From Candidatus Iainarchaeum sp. (lineage in GTDB: Archaea; Iainarchaeota; Iainarchaeia; Iainarchaeales; JAGVWC01), in assembly GCA_018304465.1 (NCBI GenBank), contig JAGVWC010000011.1, positions 1 to 64,000 of the forward strand: a DNA stretch of 64,000 nt, given 5' to 3'. Position numbers and translations under genes: made by a program. The notes below the pieces were generated by a model. That model was not told the DNA's origin and did not search any database. It was given only the letters and a program-made list of their open reading frames with translations. This document shows, piece by piece, positions 8,695 to 17,697 of this stretch (position 1 is the first letter of the stretch; every line of letters begins with the position of its first letter).

Positions 8695-9075
8695 ATGAGA
8701 ATCGACTTTGAAAAACTGGATGGATTGGTTCCTGTCATTGCCCAGGATTACAAAACCGGAAAAGTCCTTCAATTGGCATTCATGAACCAGGAAGCCTGGG
8801 AAAAAACCCTTGCCGAAAAAAAAGCGTGTTATTTTAGCCGTAGCCGGAACAAACTCTGGACCAAAGGCGAATCCTCCGGTCACTTTCAGATCGTCAAAGA
8901 AATCCTGGTCGATTGCGACAATGACAGCATTTTACTTAAAGTCAAGCAAATCGGAAAAGCCGCGTGCCACGACGGTTACGCGAGTTGTTTTTACAAAAAA
9001 ATCGAAAAAGGAAAAGAAACCATCGTGGAAGAAAAAGTATTCGACCCGAACAAGGTTTACGGGGAAAAAAAATGA
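8695..9075 (+). CDS. hisI: Phosphoribosyl-AMP cyclohydrolase
   Basis: [38 protein letters not shown]. Confidence 0.95.
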   Translation: MRIDFEKLDGLVPVIAQDYKTGKVLQLAFMNQEAWEKTLAEKKACYFSRSRNKLWTKGESSGHFQIVKEILVDCDNDSILLKVKQIGKAACHDGYASCFYKKIEKGKETIVEEKVFDPNKVYGEKK

Positions 9076-9947
9076 ACAAAAAACTAAAAATCGCGATCCC
9101 CAAAGGAAGCCTGCAAGAACAAACCGCGCGGTTATTTCAAAAAGCCGGGTTTGACATCCGCATTTCCAGTTACAATTATTTTCCCGTCGTCGACGACCCG
9201 CAAATCGAAGCCATGCTGGTGCGTGCCCAGGAAATCCCGCGGTACGTCGAAAACGGGATCGTGGACATGGGCATAACGGGTCACGATTGGGTGATTGAAA
9301 CCAAAGCCAACGTCACCGAAGTCGACGAACTGATTTACGCCCGCGGCGGAATGAACAAAGTCCGCTGGGTGCTGGCCGTTCCGGAAAATTCGCCGATTCA
9401 AACCGTCAAAGACCTGGAAGGAAAAATCGTGGCGACCGAACTCGTGCAATTCTCCAAAAATTACCTCGAAAAAGAAGGCGTTCACGCCAAAGTCGAGTTT
9501 TCATGGGGCGCCACCGAAATCAAGCCGCCGTACCTCGCGGACGCGATCATCGAAATCACGGAAACAGGTTCCACATTGCGCGCCAACAAGCTTCGCATTA
9601 TTCAGGACATTTTGGAATCCACCACGCGCATCATCGCCAACCACGAGTCCTGGAAAGACGAGTGGAAACGCGAAAAAATCCAAAACATCGTCATGCTGCT
9701 CAAAGCCGCCTTGGCCGCCGAAGGAAAAGTCGGATTGCTCCTAAACGTTGAAGAAAAAAACCTGGAGCCCCTGATTAAAATTCTGCCCGCGCTCAAAAAA
9801 CCAACGATTTCGCGTCTCACCGAACCCGGATGGTACTCAATTTCAACCATTGCCGAAGAAAAAGTCGTTCGCGAACTGATTCCAAAACTCAAAAAAATGG
9901 GCGCCACTGGAATCGTGGAATTTCCGCTGAACAAAGTCCTGGATTAA
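9072..9947 (+). CDS. hisG: ATP phosphoribosyltransferase, long form
   Basis: [37 protein letters not shown] and a C-terminal regulatory domain; ATGA overlap with hisI. Confidence 0.96.
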   Translation: MNKKLKIAIPKGSLQEQTARLFQKAGFDIRISSYNYFPVVDDPQIEAMLVRAQEIPRYVENGIVDMGITGHDWVIETKANVTEVDELIYARGGMNKVRWVLAVPENSPIQTVKDLEGKIVATELVQFSKNYLEKEGVHAKVEFSWGATEIKPPYLADAIIEITETGSTLRANKLRIIQDILESTTRIIANHESWKDEWKREKIQNIVMLLKAALAAEGKVGLLLNVEEKNLEPLIKILPALKKPTISRLTEPGWYSISTIAEEKVVRELIPKLKKMGATGIVEFPLNKVLD

Positions 9948-10078
9948 AAAAACTCGAAACCCTTTTTTTGTTCGCTGAAACTCATTTTTCATTTTTACGA
10001 CCGTTTTTGTTCCAGCGTATGAAAACATCTTCCCAAAACAATTAATGCATCTGCAAAAATAATTTTTGTTTAGCCAAG

Positions 10079-10345
10079 TTATCGGTATATGTTGTCGTGG
10101 TGGTCATAGTCTTCGACAATAACTGTTTTGTTAGAATCATCAATAGAATACACCAAGACGAATGAACCAAAAACGTGAACCCGGCGTTTATTCTGTAGCG
10201 GTGCTTTAAGCGGCTTGAATCGATAAGGGTCTTCCAAAATTTGCGCCAGCTTGCTTTTGAGCGCTTTTTCCTGCGGAGGATCTTTTTTTGCGATTTTTTC
10301 GAAAATCTTGTCTACATGTTTTCGAAGAAAAAGCGAATAAGGCAT
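10079..10345 (-). CDS. RelE/StbE-family type II toxin
   Basis: 88-aa basic protein with PYRFKPLKAPLQNKRRVHVFGSFVLVYSID...YDHHDNIY. Confidence 0.85.
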   Translation of the reverse strand: MPYSLFLRKHVDKIFEKIAKKDPPQEKALKSKLAQILEDPYRFKPLKAPLQNKRRVHVFGSFVLVYSIDDSNKTVIVEDYDHHDNIYR

Positions 10346-10351
10346 TGAAAA

Positions 10352-10594
10352 TCATCTTTTACGCAAAGAATCAAAATACGCATCAATATTCTTGACCGAA
10401 ACGGTTTTTTCTTGGGCGATTTTTCGGTGCTTGTCGATGTACTCCGGACGAAGCTCCGGTTCCAGCAGTTCTTCCTCGTATTCAGCCGCCATCTTGTTAA
10501 TCGCCTCGCTTTTGTCCTTTAATCCGTACTTGGCTTTCACCATATTGATCACTTGGTTGGCTTTCTCGTCCAATTTTACAATCGCAGTGGGCAT
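10352..10594 (-). CDS. Antitoxin, DUF2683-like
   Basis: INMVKAKYGLKDKSEAIN...LLEPELRPEY; lies directly upstream of the toxin. Confidence 0.8.
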   Translation of the reverse strand: MPTAIVKLDEKANQVINMVKAKYGLKDKSEAINKMAAEYEEELLEPELRPEYIDKHRKIAQEKTVSVKNIDAYFDSLRKR

Positions 10595-10613
10595 ATTAAT
10601 ATCACATTAATAT
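10593..10613. promoter_or_regulatory. Candidate toxin-antitoxin autoregulatory operator
   Basis: Perfect inverted repeat ATATTAAT-N5-ATTAATAT overlapping the antitoxin start codon. Confidence 0.5.
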
Positions 10614-10810
10614 CCTGCTAATAAGACATTAAAAAGGTTTTGGAATTACGGCAGTTTTCCCTATCGGCATCCGCTGCACGACTTACACACGGATTTCGGA
10701 AGAATGCTTGCTGTCCCAGGGTATTTTTCAGTAGCAGTTATTGTAGAACTCAGTCCATTTATCGAAAAGTTTAATAAGTTCAAGGAACAGAATCCAGTCG
10801 GAAGTAACAA

Positions 10811-11262
10811 ATGAAATCGGAATTAATGCTGTTGGCTTTGATTCTTATTCTCTTTCTTTTCGGTTGCACGCAACCAATACAGACTTCTTCAAAGGTCATG
10901 TGCAGCACAGGTGGGGCGCTAAAAGCACACGGAATTGATTTTATTGGAGACAACATTGCATTAACCTGCGATTGCGACGGACAACAAGTGCTGAAAAGCG
11001 GAGAAAATTGTCTCGACTGTGATTATGTTGTTTGCGAGGGAACGATTTCATATCGATGTTTTTTGCTCGTTCCATCGATCGATTCGTTTACGAAAAGCGA
11101 ATTTCCAAATGGAGGAATCTTGACCAATGGCTTTACAGAACGTGTACAGGAAAAAGGAATGCCTATCCCATGTCCCCCCCAATAAGTACACCGAAGAAAA
11201 ATGCTCAACAGACTCGAACTGTGAATCGATTTCTTGTCCAGAAGAATCAAAACCGATCTGTG
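10811..11262 (+). pseudogene. Cys-rich lipoprotein-like gene, frameshifted at a C7 tract and truncated (intact ORF 10811..11185)
   Basis: Signal peptide with LFGC lipobox. Cys-rich sequence continues in another frame after CCCCCCC (11174-11180) as KCSTDSNCESISCPEESKPIC, until the hisG copy begins. Confidence 0.55.
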
Positions 11263-11373
11263 AAAGCCGCCTTGGCCGCCGAAAAAAAAGTCGTTCGCGA
11301 ACTGATTCCAAAACTCAAAAAAATGGGCGCCACTGGAATCGTGGAATTTCCGCTGAACAAAGTCCTGGACTAA
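11263..11373 (+). repeat. Duplicated, internally deleted 3' end of hisG
   Basis: 11278-11373 matches 9852-9947 at 94/96 bases; 11263-11283 is identical to 9702-9722. The two pieces are joined at the microhomology GCCGAA. Confidence 0.92.
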
Positions 11374-11385
11374 GCGCATCGGTTT

Positions 11386-12084
11386 TTAGCGGGGGCTTTT
11401 CAGGGATTTCGAAATCCGGGCCAACAAATCCGCCACGATTTTTTCGGATCGCCTTTTCGCTTTTTTCCATTTCAATTCCTGGTTTTTCCAATTGTTTTTT
11501 TCACCGATGCGATCCCACACTTCTTCCGCCGAAATGCCTTCTTGTTCAAACGCGCGCATCGTCGGATTCAACTGGGATCGGTCTACGGCGTTGACCATTG
11601 GTTCACGAAAATTCCTGGGATAAATCTCCACCACGGTACCGTATACCGTTGGAGAACCCGCTTGTTTTCGGGCAATAAATTCGGAAACCCGAAATTTTAT
11701 TTTTCCGGGTGTTTCATGATACGCGTCCGCAAGCCACCGGGGTGCTTCCAGAACTCCTACAGCCAGGACATTTTTGCGCACCACGAATCCGTACTTGCGA
11801 AACGTTTTTCCGATTAATCCCCCGGCTTTGATTTCTTGGTCCACCCGCCGGACTTGAGGATCTTTAATCGGATGCGTATAATAGGTCAGCGCAAACGTGC
11901 GTGAAATTCCGTATTGATCCACCAAATGGGCTCTGCGCATGCGGACCGAATGATGAATCACCCGCGCGCGGATTTTTCCATATGCTTGCTCCAGATTATC
12001 CGAATGAAGCCGGTCCGACAACGCAAAATGGGCTTTGGCGGTCACGGATTTTGAAGACAACCGGTTTGTTGGCTTGGAAGGCAT
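11386..12084 (-). CDS. Hypothetical protein, possible chorismate-lyase-like (UbiC/DUF98) fold, with basic leader
   Basis: Start moved to ATG 12084 (MPSKPTNR) because the upstream part of the ORF is rnpB. Motifs EIKAGGLIGKTF and C-terminal VVEIYP. Confidence 0.55.
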   Translation of the reverse strand: MPSKPTNRLSSKSVTAKAHFALSDRLHSDNLEQAYGKIRARVIHHSVRMRRAHLVDQYGISRTFALTYYTHPIKDPQVRRVDQEIKAGGLIGKTFRKYGFVVRKNVLAVGVLEAPRWLADAYHETPGKIKFRVSEFIARKQAGSPTVYGTVVEIYPRNFREPMVNAVDRSQLNPTMRAFEQEGISAEEVWDRIGEKNNWKNQELKWKKAKRRSEKIVADLLARISKSLKSPR

Positions 12085-12117
12085 CTGTTCCAATACAAAG
12101 AGAAACGAGAATAAAAA

Positions 12118-12433
12118 TGTGGCAGTGGAGAGTAAGCCGCCTTCTATTCGTCGCGGCAGCACCGCGGCCTTGTTGGATAAGCGAATGTACTTCGCTCCAA
12201 GACGCATTCTCGAAAGAATGCATTGTCTGCATCCATCTAAGCCACCGGCAAAGGGTGTTGCACTTCCCCCAAGCATGACCTGGGTTTTAACCGCAAGCCG
12301 TTTCATCCCCGAAGGGTGTCGTTTCTGTTCTCGCGGACTTCCTTTCAGAAGTGATTTTGGATACTGAAGTGGGCGGACTTTCTTCACTTGAAATTCTTGC
12401 GAACCAAGCGTTGGCAGACCTTCCACTACCACA
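12118..12433 (-). ncRNA. rnpB: RNase P RNA, archaeal type
   Basis: P1 helix TGTGGTAGTGGA/TCCACTGCCACA; conserved elements GAAGAAAGTCCG, ACAGAAAC, GATGAAACGGC, GTGCAA, GCTTAGATGGATG and ATAGAAGGCGGCTTA; followed by a T run. Confidence 0.92.
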
Positions 12434-12491
12434 CAATTAATTATGTAGTAAAAGGTTTTTTAAAGCAAGACGCCGTCATATATTCGAAACC

Positions 12492-13220
12492 ATGGCCGCT
12501 ACCTTTCATCCTGCCCTATTGCTCGTGATCGCGTTTATTGCGGTAATCGGAATCTATTTTCTGTGGTTCCAGCAACCTACGATTGTTCCCGCAACAGAAG
12601 CCGAAGAAGAAGTCATTGCCGATTCCAACCTCGTGGACGGAAACCCCATTGACCCTTTGCCCGAATACGCGTCGCTTTCCGACTGCGCCAACAAAACCTA
12701 TTCGGATGAACAAGACTGCCGCCGTCAAGTCGCGGTCAAAACCCAATCCGTTTCCGCCTGCGAAGGACTCTTGCCCGCGGACGTAGACTGGTGCAAAGCC
12801 CGCGTGATCGTTTCCAGCGGAAAAACCGATTCCTGCGCTTCTCTTGCTCCAAATCCCCAAAACCAGTGTTTTTTTGATTCCGCCAAACAAAAAGGGGACG
12901 CAAGCCTTTGCGCACAGGTGACATGGGATTCTTTTCGCTCCGAATGCTATCGGGACGTCGCAAGCATGCTTGCCAAGCCCGAACTATGCCAATCGATTCC
13001 GAATCCGGATGAAAAAGACGATTGCATAATCCGGGCCGTTATAAACCAGGAAAATCCTTCTTCCGCGGTCTGCGGAACCTTATCGAATTCCGAAGCCCAA
13101 GACGACTGTTTTTACGCGCTGGCACTGATTTTGGGACAAGAATCCTTGTGCAATCGGATCTCGGACCCGTATTGGGTGTCCAATTGTATCACTGATTTGA
13201 ATTCCGAAAACGATTTTTAG
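12492..13220 (+). CDS. Membrane-anchored Cys-repeat surface protein
   Basis: N-terminal transmembrane helix followed by about seven ~25-aa repeats of the form D.C...A......C..I. Confidence 0.75.
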   Translation: MAATFHPALLLVIAFIAVIGIYFLWFQQPTIVPATEAEEEVIADSNLVDGNPIDPLPEYASLSDCANKTYSDEQDCRRQVAVKTQSVSACEGLLPADVDWCKARVIVSSGKTDSCASLAPNPQNQCFFDSAKQKGDASLCAQVTWDSFRSECYRDVASMLAKPELCQSIPNPDEKDDCIIRAVINQENPSSAVCGTLSNSEAQDDCFYALALILGQESLCNRISDPYWVSNCITDLNSENDF

Positions 13221-13348
13221 CGACAAATTTTTAAACAAAAACGTGCATTATAATTATGTTATAAAAGCTTTTCACTCACATACTATACAAACCGTACAGT
13301 CACAGATTGTACCGGGGCTTTTTGGAATACAAATGAGGTGTGTTGACA

Positions 13349-13771
13349 ATGAATATTCCTTGCGAATCGTACATTAAAGAATACTTGCCAAAGATCCGAC
13401 AGCAAATCGTGATCGACTTGGTCAAGACCCACGGTTATACCCAAACCAAGGCGTCCAAAGCACTGGGAATCACCCAAGCTTCGGTCAGTAAATACCTGAG
13501 CAGCCCCGTGATCAAATTCAAAAACAAAGACTTAAACCAAAACATCGAAGAAATCGCTTCCGAACTCTCCCCAGCGATCCTCCGAAACGAACCCATGGAA
13601 TTCGATTACAACCGAGTATGTAACTATTGTACTCATCGCGATGAGTCCTCCCTCATCTGCTCGATCAACTCCCGGGCCAGCAAAAGCGCAACAACCCAAA
13701 TTGCGGCCATCAAAGAACAACACGCACGACACGTCGTCTCCACCCACAAAAAACACGGGGCAGAATATTAA
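13349..13771 (+). CDS. HTH transcriptional regulator with Cys motifs (COG2522-like)
   Basis: IPCE...LPKIR...YTQTKASKALGITQASVSKYL, then CNYC and a further C. Confidence 0.75.
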   Translation: MNIPCESYIKEYLPKIRQQIVIDLVKTHGYTQTKASKALGITQASVSKYLSSPVIKFKNKDLNQNIEEIASELSPAILRNEPMEFDYNRVCNYCTHRDESSLICSINSRASKSATTQIAAIKEQHARHVVSTHKKHGAEY

Positions 13772-14355
13772 TGGAAAAAACAAAATCCACGGCGGCTCGG
13801 GTTTCATCCCGAATGACGATCGGCGAAATCGTCACCCAATACCCGGAAGCCGTGGAACCTCTTTTTGAAGCCGGCGTTCCCTGCGCGGGATGCGGCGTTC
13901 GATTCGATGCATCGTTGTCCGAAAGCCTTTCAAACCAGGGAATCGAAGGCCCGAAAGCGGATGAATTCATTTCAAAACTCAACGAAACCATCGACAAAAT
14001 CCAATCCGATTACGGTATCGGACCCGATTCCCCCAAAACCATCGCGATTTCGTCACGCGCCGCCGAAAAAATAAAATCTCTGATGGAAAAACAAAACCAA
14101 AACGGCGGTCTTCGATTCGCCGCGATGCCCGGCGGATGCTCGGGGTTCTCTTACGCGCTTGGATTCGAAAACAAACCCGCGCCCAACGACGAAATCGTTC
14201 AGGAAAAAGGCGTATCGTTTTTCATTGACAAAAACATGCTGTCCATTCTCAACGGCTGCCGCATCGATTACGTCGATGCCCTTCAAGGCAGCGGATTCAA
14301 AATCAACAATCCCAACGCGAAAAACACGTGTAGTTGCGGACAAAGCTTTTCGTAA
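13771..14355 (+). CDS. DUF1858 domain fused to an A-type Fe-S carrier (IscA/HesB)
   Basis: MTIGEIVTQYPE...PCAGC, then GGCSGFSY and NPNAKNTCSCGQSF. Confidence 0.9.
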   Translation: MEKTKSTAARVSSRMTIGEIVTQYPEAVEPLFEAGVPCAGCGVRFDASLSESLSNQGIEGPKADEFISKLNETIDKIQSDYGIGPDSPKTIAISSRAAEKIKSLMEKQNQNGGLRFAAMPGGCSGFSYALGFENKPAPNDEIVQEKGVSFFIDKNMLSILNGCRIDYVDALQGSGFKINNPNAKNTCSCGQSFS

Positions 14356-14402
14356 TCCAACCGATAGTTTTTTTTAATTCACTCGACAATACTTCGTCTA
14401 CC

Positions 14403-15269
14403 ATGGGTTTAAAAAAATGGTTTAAGAAAAAGCCAGTTCACTATTTTCCGGATGTTCGAAAAATCGTTGCCTACGCCATCCCCTGGGATCCTCATGTATT
14501 GCGTACGGCAAATCAGGGGATTAATCCAAACGATTCACAGCTTGCGAACAAATTAGGGATCAAACCAAAAGAAAAAATCATTGTGGTTGCCGGCGGGGCA
14601 GGCGATTGGGCCCGGGGCTTGTCTAAAACAAACCCTGTTCGTTACACAGACCTCAGCAAGCCAATGACCAGATTTGCAGAGAAAGAAAAACGCGGACCGC
14701 TTTCTTTTCACGCGCGGCCGGCGGAAATCGTCGTAACGAAACCAAATCAGTTTGATTGGACTTTTTCTTTCGAACCCTATCCCTTGGGCGCAAATCTTAA
14801 ACTCGTATTGGTTCGCTCTTTACTCAATCGAAAAGGAGGAAAGATCGTCGAATCAAATTACAGCACGCTGAAAAAGTATCTCGCTCACATTGCAGAAATG
14901 TACGGTGCACACATGACGGTCGAGGCCGTGCATGTAAATAATCAGGTTTTTCATCCAAACAAAGTGGAAGTGGCCACGCTTCTTTCGAATCCACGCGCCC
15001 GTCAAAAAGCATGGGCGGATGTTCGGTTGCTAAAACAACTAACGCTTGCTTTGCGCCGAAAACGGATTCTTGTTCCGTCCGAGGTTTGTAAAAAACTCAA
15101 AATTTCGAAACAAGAACTCCGAGAAAGCAGTGCGCGTTTATCCGCGATTTCATTCTGGTTCCCCGTGGAACAATCAGAGGTTTTAACGGGGCCCGTCAGA
15201 AGGTACATGCGCCAATGGTTGAACCGGCAAAACCCAATTAAACGGTCTAAACGGGCAAAACCGCGATAA
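14403..15269 (+). CDS. Hypothetical basic protein, possible class I SAM-methyltransferase-like fold
   Basis: IIVVAGGAGDW...YTDLSKPM...FDWTFSFEP; Lys/Arg-rich termini. Confidence 0.5.
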   Translation: MGLKKWFKKKPVHYFPDVRKIVAYAIPWDPHVLRTANQGINPNDSQLANKLGIKPKEKIIVVAGGAGDWARGLSKTNPVRYTDLSKPMTRFAEKEKRGPLSFHARPAEIVVTKPNQFDWTFSFEPYPLGANLKLVLVRSLLNRKGGKIVESNYSTLKKYLAHIAEMYGAHMTVEAVHVNNQVFHPNKVEVATLLSNPRARQKAWADVRLLKQLTLALRRKRILVPSEVCKKLKISKQELRESSARLSAISFWFPVEQSEVLTGPVRRYMRQWLNRQNPIKRSKRAKPR

Positions 15270-15341
15270 AGCCTTTCCCAACCTTTTTTTTAACTATTCG
15301 GCCCAATTTTAATCAAAAAACGGCTTTTTTGGGTGAAATGA

Positions 15342-16757
15342 ATGGCTGAAGAAAAAAAAGAATCGCAATTATTGAAGGAAAAACTCGCAAGAACCAGCGA
15401 TAGCGCGTGGGAACGCCTGCCCGAAGGCGAACACAAACACGTTTTTTCGTTTGCCGAAGAATACAAACATTTTTTGCGCGAAGCCAAAACCGAACGCGAA
15501 ATCGTGAAATGGATCCAAACCAAGGCCGAAAAACAAGGATACCAGCCGTTTGAAAACGCCGCGGTCAAATCCGGCGCCAAATTATTCATCACCAACAAAG
15601 GCAAAAACATCGCCTTGCTTGTGATCGGAAAAAACGGCGTGGACAGCGGTCTACGCATCATCGCTTCGCACATTGACGCCTTGCGATTGGATCTGAAAAG
15701 CGCGCCGTTTTACGAAGACGGCGGACTCGTCATGATGAACACGCATTACTACGGCGGCATCAAAAAATACCACTGGGTCAATACGCCGCTGGCATTGCAC
15801 GGCGTGATTTTCACCAAAGACGGAAAACGACTCGATGTATCGATCGGCGAAAACGAAAACGAACCCGTATTCGTGATACCCGATCTTTTGCCCCACGTCG
15901 GCGGACGCGCGTTTGCCGAAAAAAAAATGAACGAAGTCATTACCGGCGAAAGCCTGGACGCGGTCGCGGCATCGCTTCCGTTGTTCGAAAAAGACGCGGT
16001 TGACAAAGTCAAACTACGCCTGTACAAATACCTAAACGAAAAATACGGCGTGATCGAAGAAGATTTTTTTTCCGCCGAACTTCAATTGGTGCCCGCCATC
16101 AAACCGCGGGACATCGGTTTTGACGGATCATTAATGGGCGCTTACGCGCACGACGACCGGTCTTGTTCGTACGCCAACATGGCGTCGATGCTGGACCTGG
16201 TGGGGCCCGCGGATCACACCTGCATGGCGATTTTTATGGACAAAGAAGAAATCGGAAGCACCGGCGCGACCGGCGCGGATTCCTTGTTCCTTGAAAACGT
16301 CGTGGAACAAATCTGCAGCAAAACCAACTCCCAAAAAACCACGCACCAAGTGCTTGCGGACGCCAAAATCATTTCCGCGGACGTTACCAGCGCGCTGGAT
16401 CCGAAGTACCGCGAATTCTTCGACTCCGCCAACGTCAACTACGTCGGATACGGGGTTTCCGTGGAACGCGGAACCGGTTACGGCGGAAAATACGAGGGAA
16501 GCGAAGCCACTGCGGAATTCATGTCGTTTATCCGCACGTTGTTCAACAAGGAAAAGATTCCCTGGCAAACCGGCGAAATCTCCAAAGTGGACGAAGGCGG
16601 CGGCGGAACCGTGGCAAAATACTTTGCCAAGTACGGCTGCGACATCATTGACATTGGTCCGCCGGTACTGGCCATGCATTCGCCCTGCGAAATCCTGTCC
16701 AAAGTCGACCTCTATTGCGCATTCAAGGGATACAAGGCCTTTTTTGAAACGAAATAA
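15342..16757 (+). CDS. M18 family aminopeptidase
   Basis: SHIDALRLDLK, THYYGGIKKYHW, DDRSC, DKEEIGS, AMHSP. Confidence 0.93.
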   Translation: MAEEKKESQLLKEKLARTSDSAWERLPEGEHKHVFSFAEEYKHFLREAKTEREIVKWIQTKAEKQGYQPFENAAVKSGAKLFITNKGKNIALLVIGKNGVDSGLRIIASHIDALRLDLKSAPFYEDGGLVMMNTHYYGGIKKYHWVNTPLALHGVIFTKDGKRLDVSIGENENEPVFVIPDLLPHVGGRAFAEKKMNEVITGESLDAVAASLPLFEKDAVDKVKLRLYKYLNEKYGVIEEDFFSAELQLVPAIKPRDIGFDGSLMGAYAHDDRSCSYANMASMLDLVGPADHTCMAIFMDKEEIGSTGATGADSLFLENVVEQICSKTNSQKTTHQVLADAKIISADVTSALDPKYREFFDSANVNYVGYGVSVERGTGYGGKYEGSEATAEFMSFIRTLFNKEKIPWQTGEISKVDEGGGGTVAKYFAKYGCDIIDIGPPVLAMHSPCEILSKVDLYCAFKGYKAFFETK

Positions 16758-16884
16758 GGTCTCTTTATCCTTTATTTTTTTGGACCCGCGTCTATTACGT
16801 CGATTCACGAATTTTACCTCGTTAATTGTCAAAACATTTTTAAACTCCTGCAATCGTCTATCTTAAGAACAACCCAAGGGACCT

Positions 16885-17424
16885 ATGATCGAAATTCGTT
16901 TTCATGGACGCGCCGGACAAGGAATCGTCACGGCCGCTGACTTATTGGCCCAAGCCGCGGCCATGGAAGGAAAATTCACGCAATCCATGCCGGTGTTTGG
17001 CTCGGAAAAACGAGGACCGCCGGTTGCCAGCTTTTGCCGCATTGACGACAAACCCATTCATTTGCGCGAAGAAATCCGGCACCCTGACATCGTCGTGGTC
17101 GCGGAACCCTCCGTCATGGAAGAAGTCAAAGTCGAAGGCGGACTCAAAAACAACGGATTGATCATCGTCAATTCGGTTCGAACCGCGAACCAACTCGGTT
17201 TACACGCCAAAAAAATCATTGTGTTTAACGGAACCTCGCTTGCCGTCAAGCACCTGGGAAAACCCATTACCAACACCGTCATGCTCGGGACGCTCATCAA
17301 AATCACCGGGCTGGTCAAACTCGCGTCCATTCACAAAGCCGTGCAACAAAAATTTCCCCCGGCCCTCGCCGAGCAAAACATCAAAATCATCGACGAAGCC
17401 TATAACGCCGTCGAGAGGAGCTGA
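16885..17424 (+). CDS. porC: Pyruvate/2-oxoacid:ferredoxin oxidoreductase, gamma subunit
   Basis: EIRFHGRAGQG, FGSEKRGPPV, NTVMLG. Confidence 0.92.
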   Translation: MIEIRFHGRAGQGIVTAADLLAQAAAMEGKFTQSMPVFGSEKRGPPVASFCRIDDKPIHLREEIRHPDIVVVAEPSVMEEVKVEGGLKNNGLIIVNSVRTANQLGLHAKKIIVFNGTSLAVKHLGKPITNTVMLGTLIKITGLVKLASIHKAVQQKFPPALAEQNIKIIDEAYNAVERS

Positions 17425-17429
17425 GATGC

Positions 17430-17684
17430 ATGTTGATTCCGCTGTCAAAACCCGGCACCACGACCGACATTAAAACCGGAAAATGGAAAACCCATCGACC
17501 CACCGTCGACCCCAAGCTCTGCACCAAATGCGCGATTTGCCAAAATTTTTGTCCCGAAGGAATTATGGGAACGCCCCGCGAAATCCCCGTGATTGATTAC
17601 GATTACTGCAAAGGCTGTTCCATGTGCATGGTCGAATGCCCTTTCAAAGCCATTACCATGGTCGCGGAAAAACAGGAGCTCTAA
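17430..17684 (+). CDS. porD: 2-oxoacid:ferredoxin oxidoreductase, delta subunit
   Basis: KTGKWK...P; two 4Fe-4S motifs, CTKCAICQNFCP and YCKGCSMCMVECP. Confidence 0.92.
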   Translation: MLIPLSKPGTTTDIKTGKWKTHRPTVDPKLCTKCAICQNFCPEGIMGTPREIPVIDYDYCKGCSMCMVECPFKAITMVAEKQEL

Positions 17685-17697
17685 AGGTGAAAACAGG

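Noticed and set aside
10614-10810. Short minus-strand Cys-containing frame (…VCKSCSGCR*) upstream of the antitoxin
   Set aside because: About 30 codons with no clear start; at most a gene remnant.
11032-11373. 113-aa ORF ending in the HisG C-terminus, as a second hisG
   Set aside because: Only the last ~37 codons derive from the duplicated hisG tail. The rest is an alternative frame of the lipoprotein gene.
12085-12432. N-terminal 116 aa of ORF 11386..12432
   Set aside because: Coincides with the RNase P RNA gene on the same strand.
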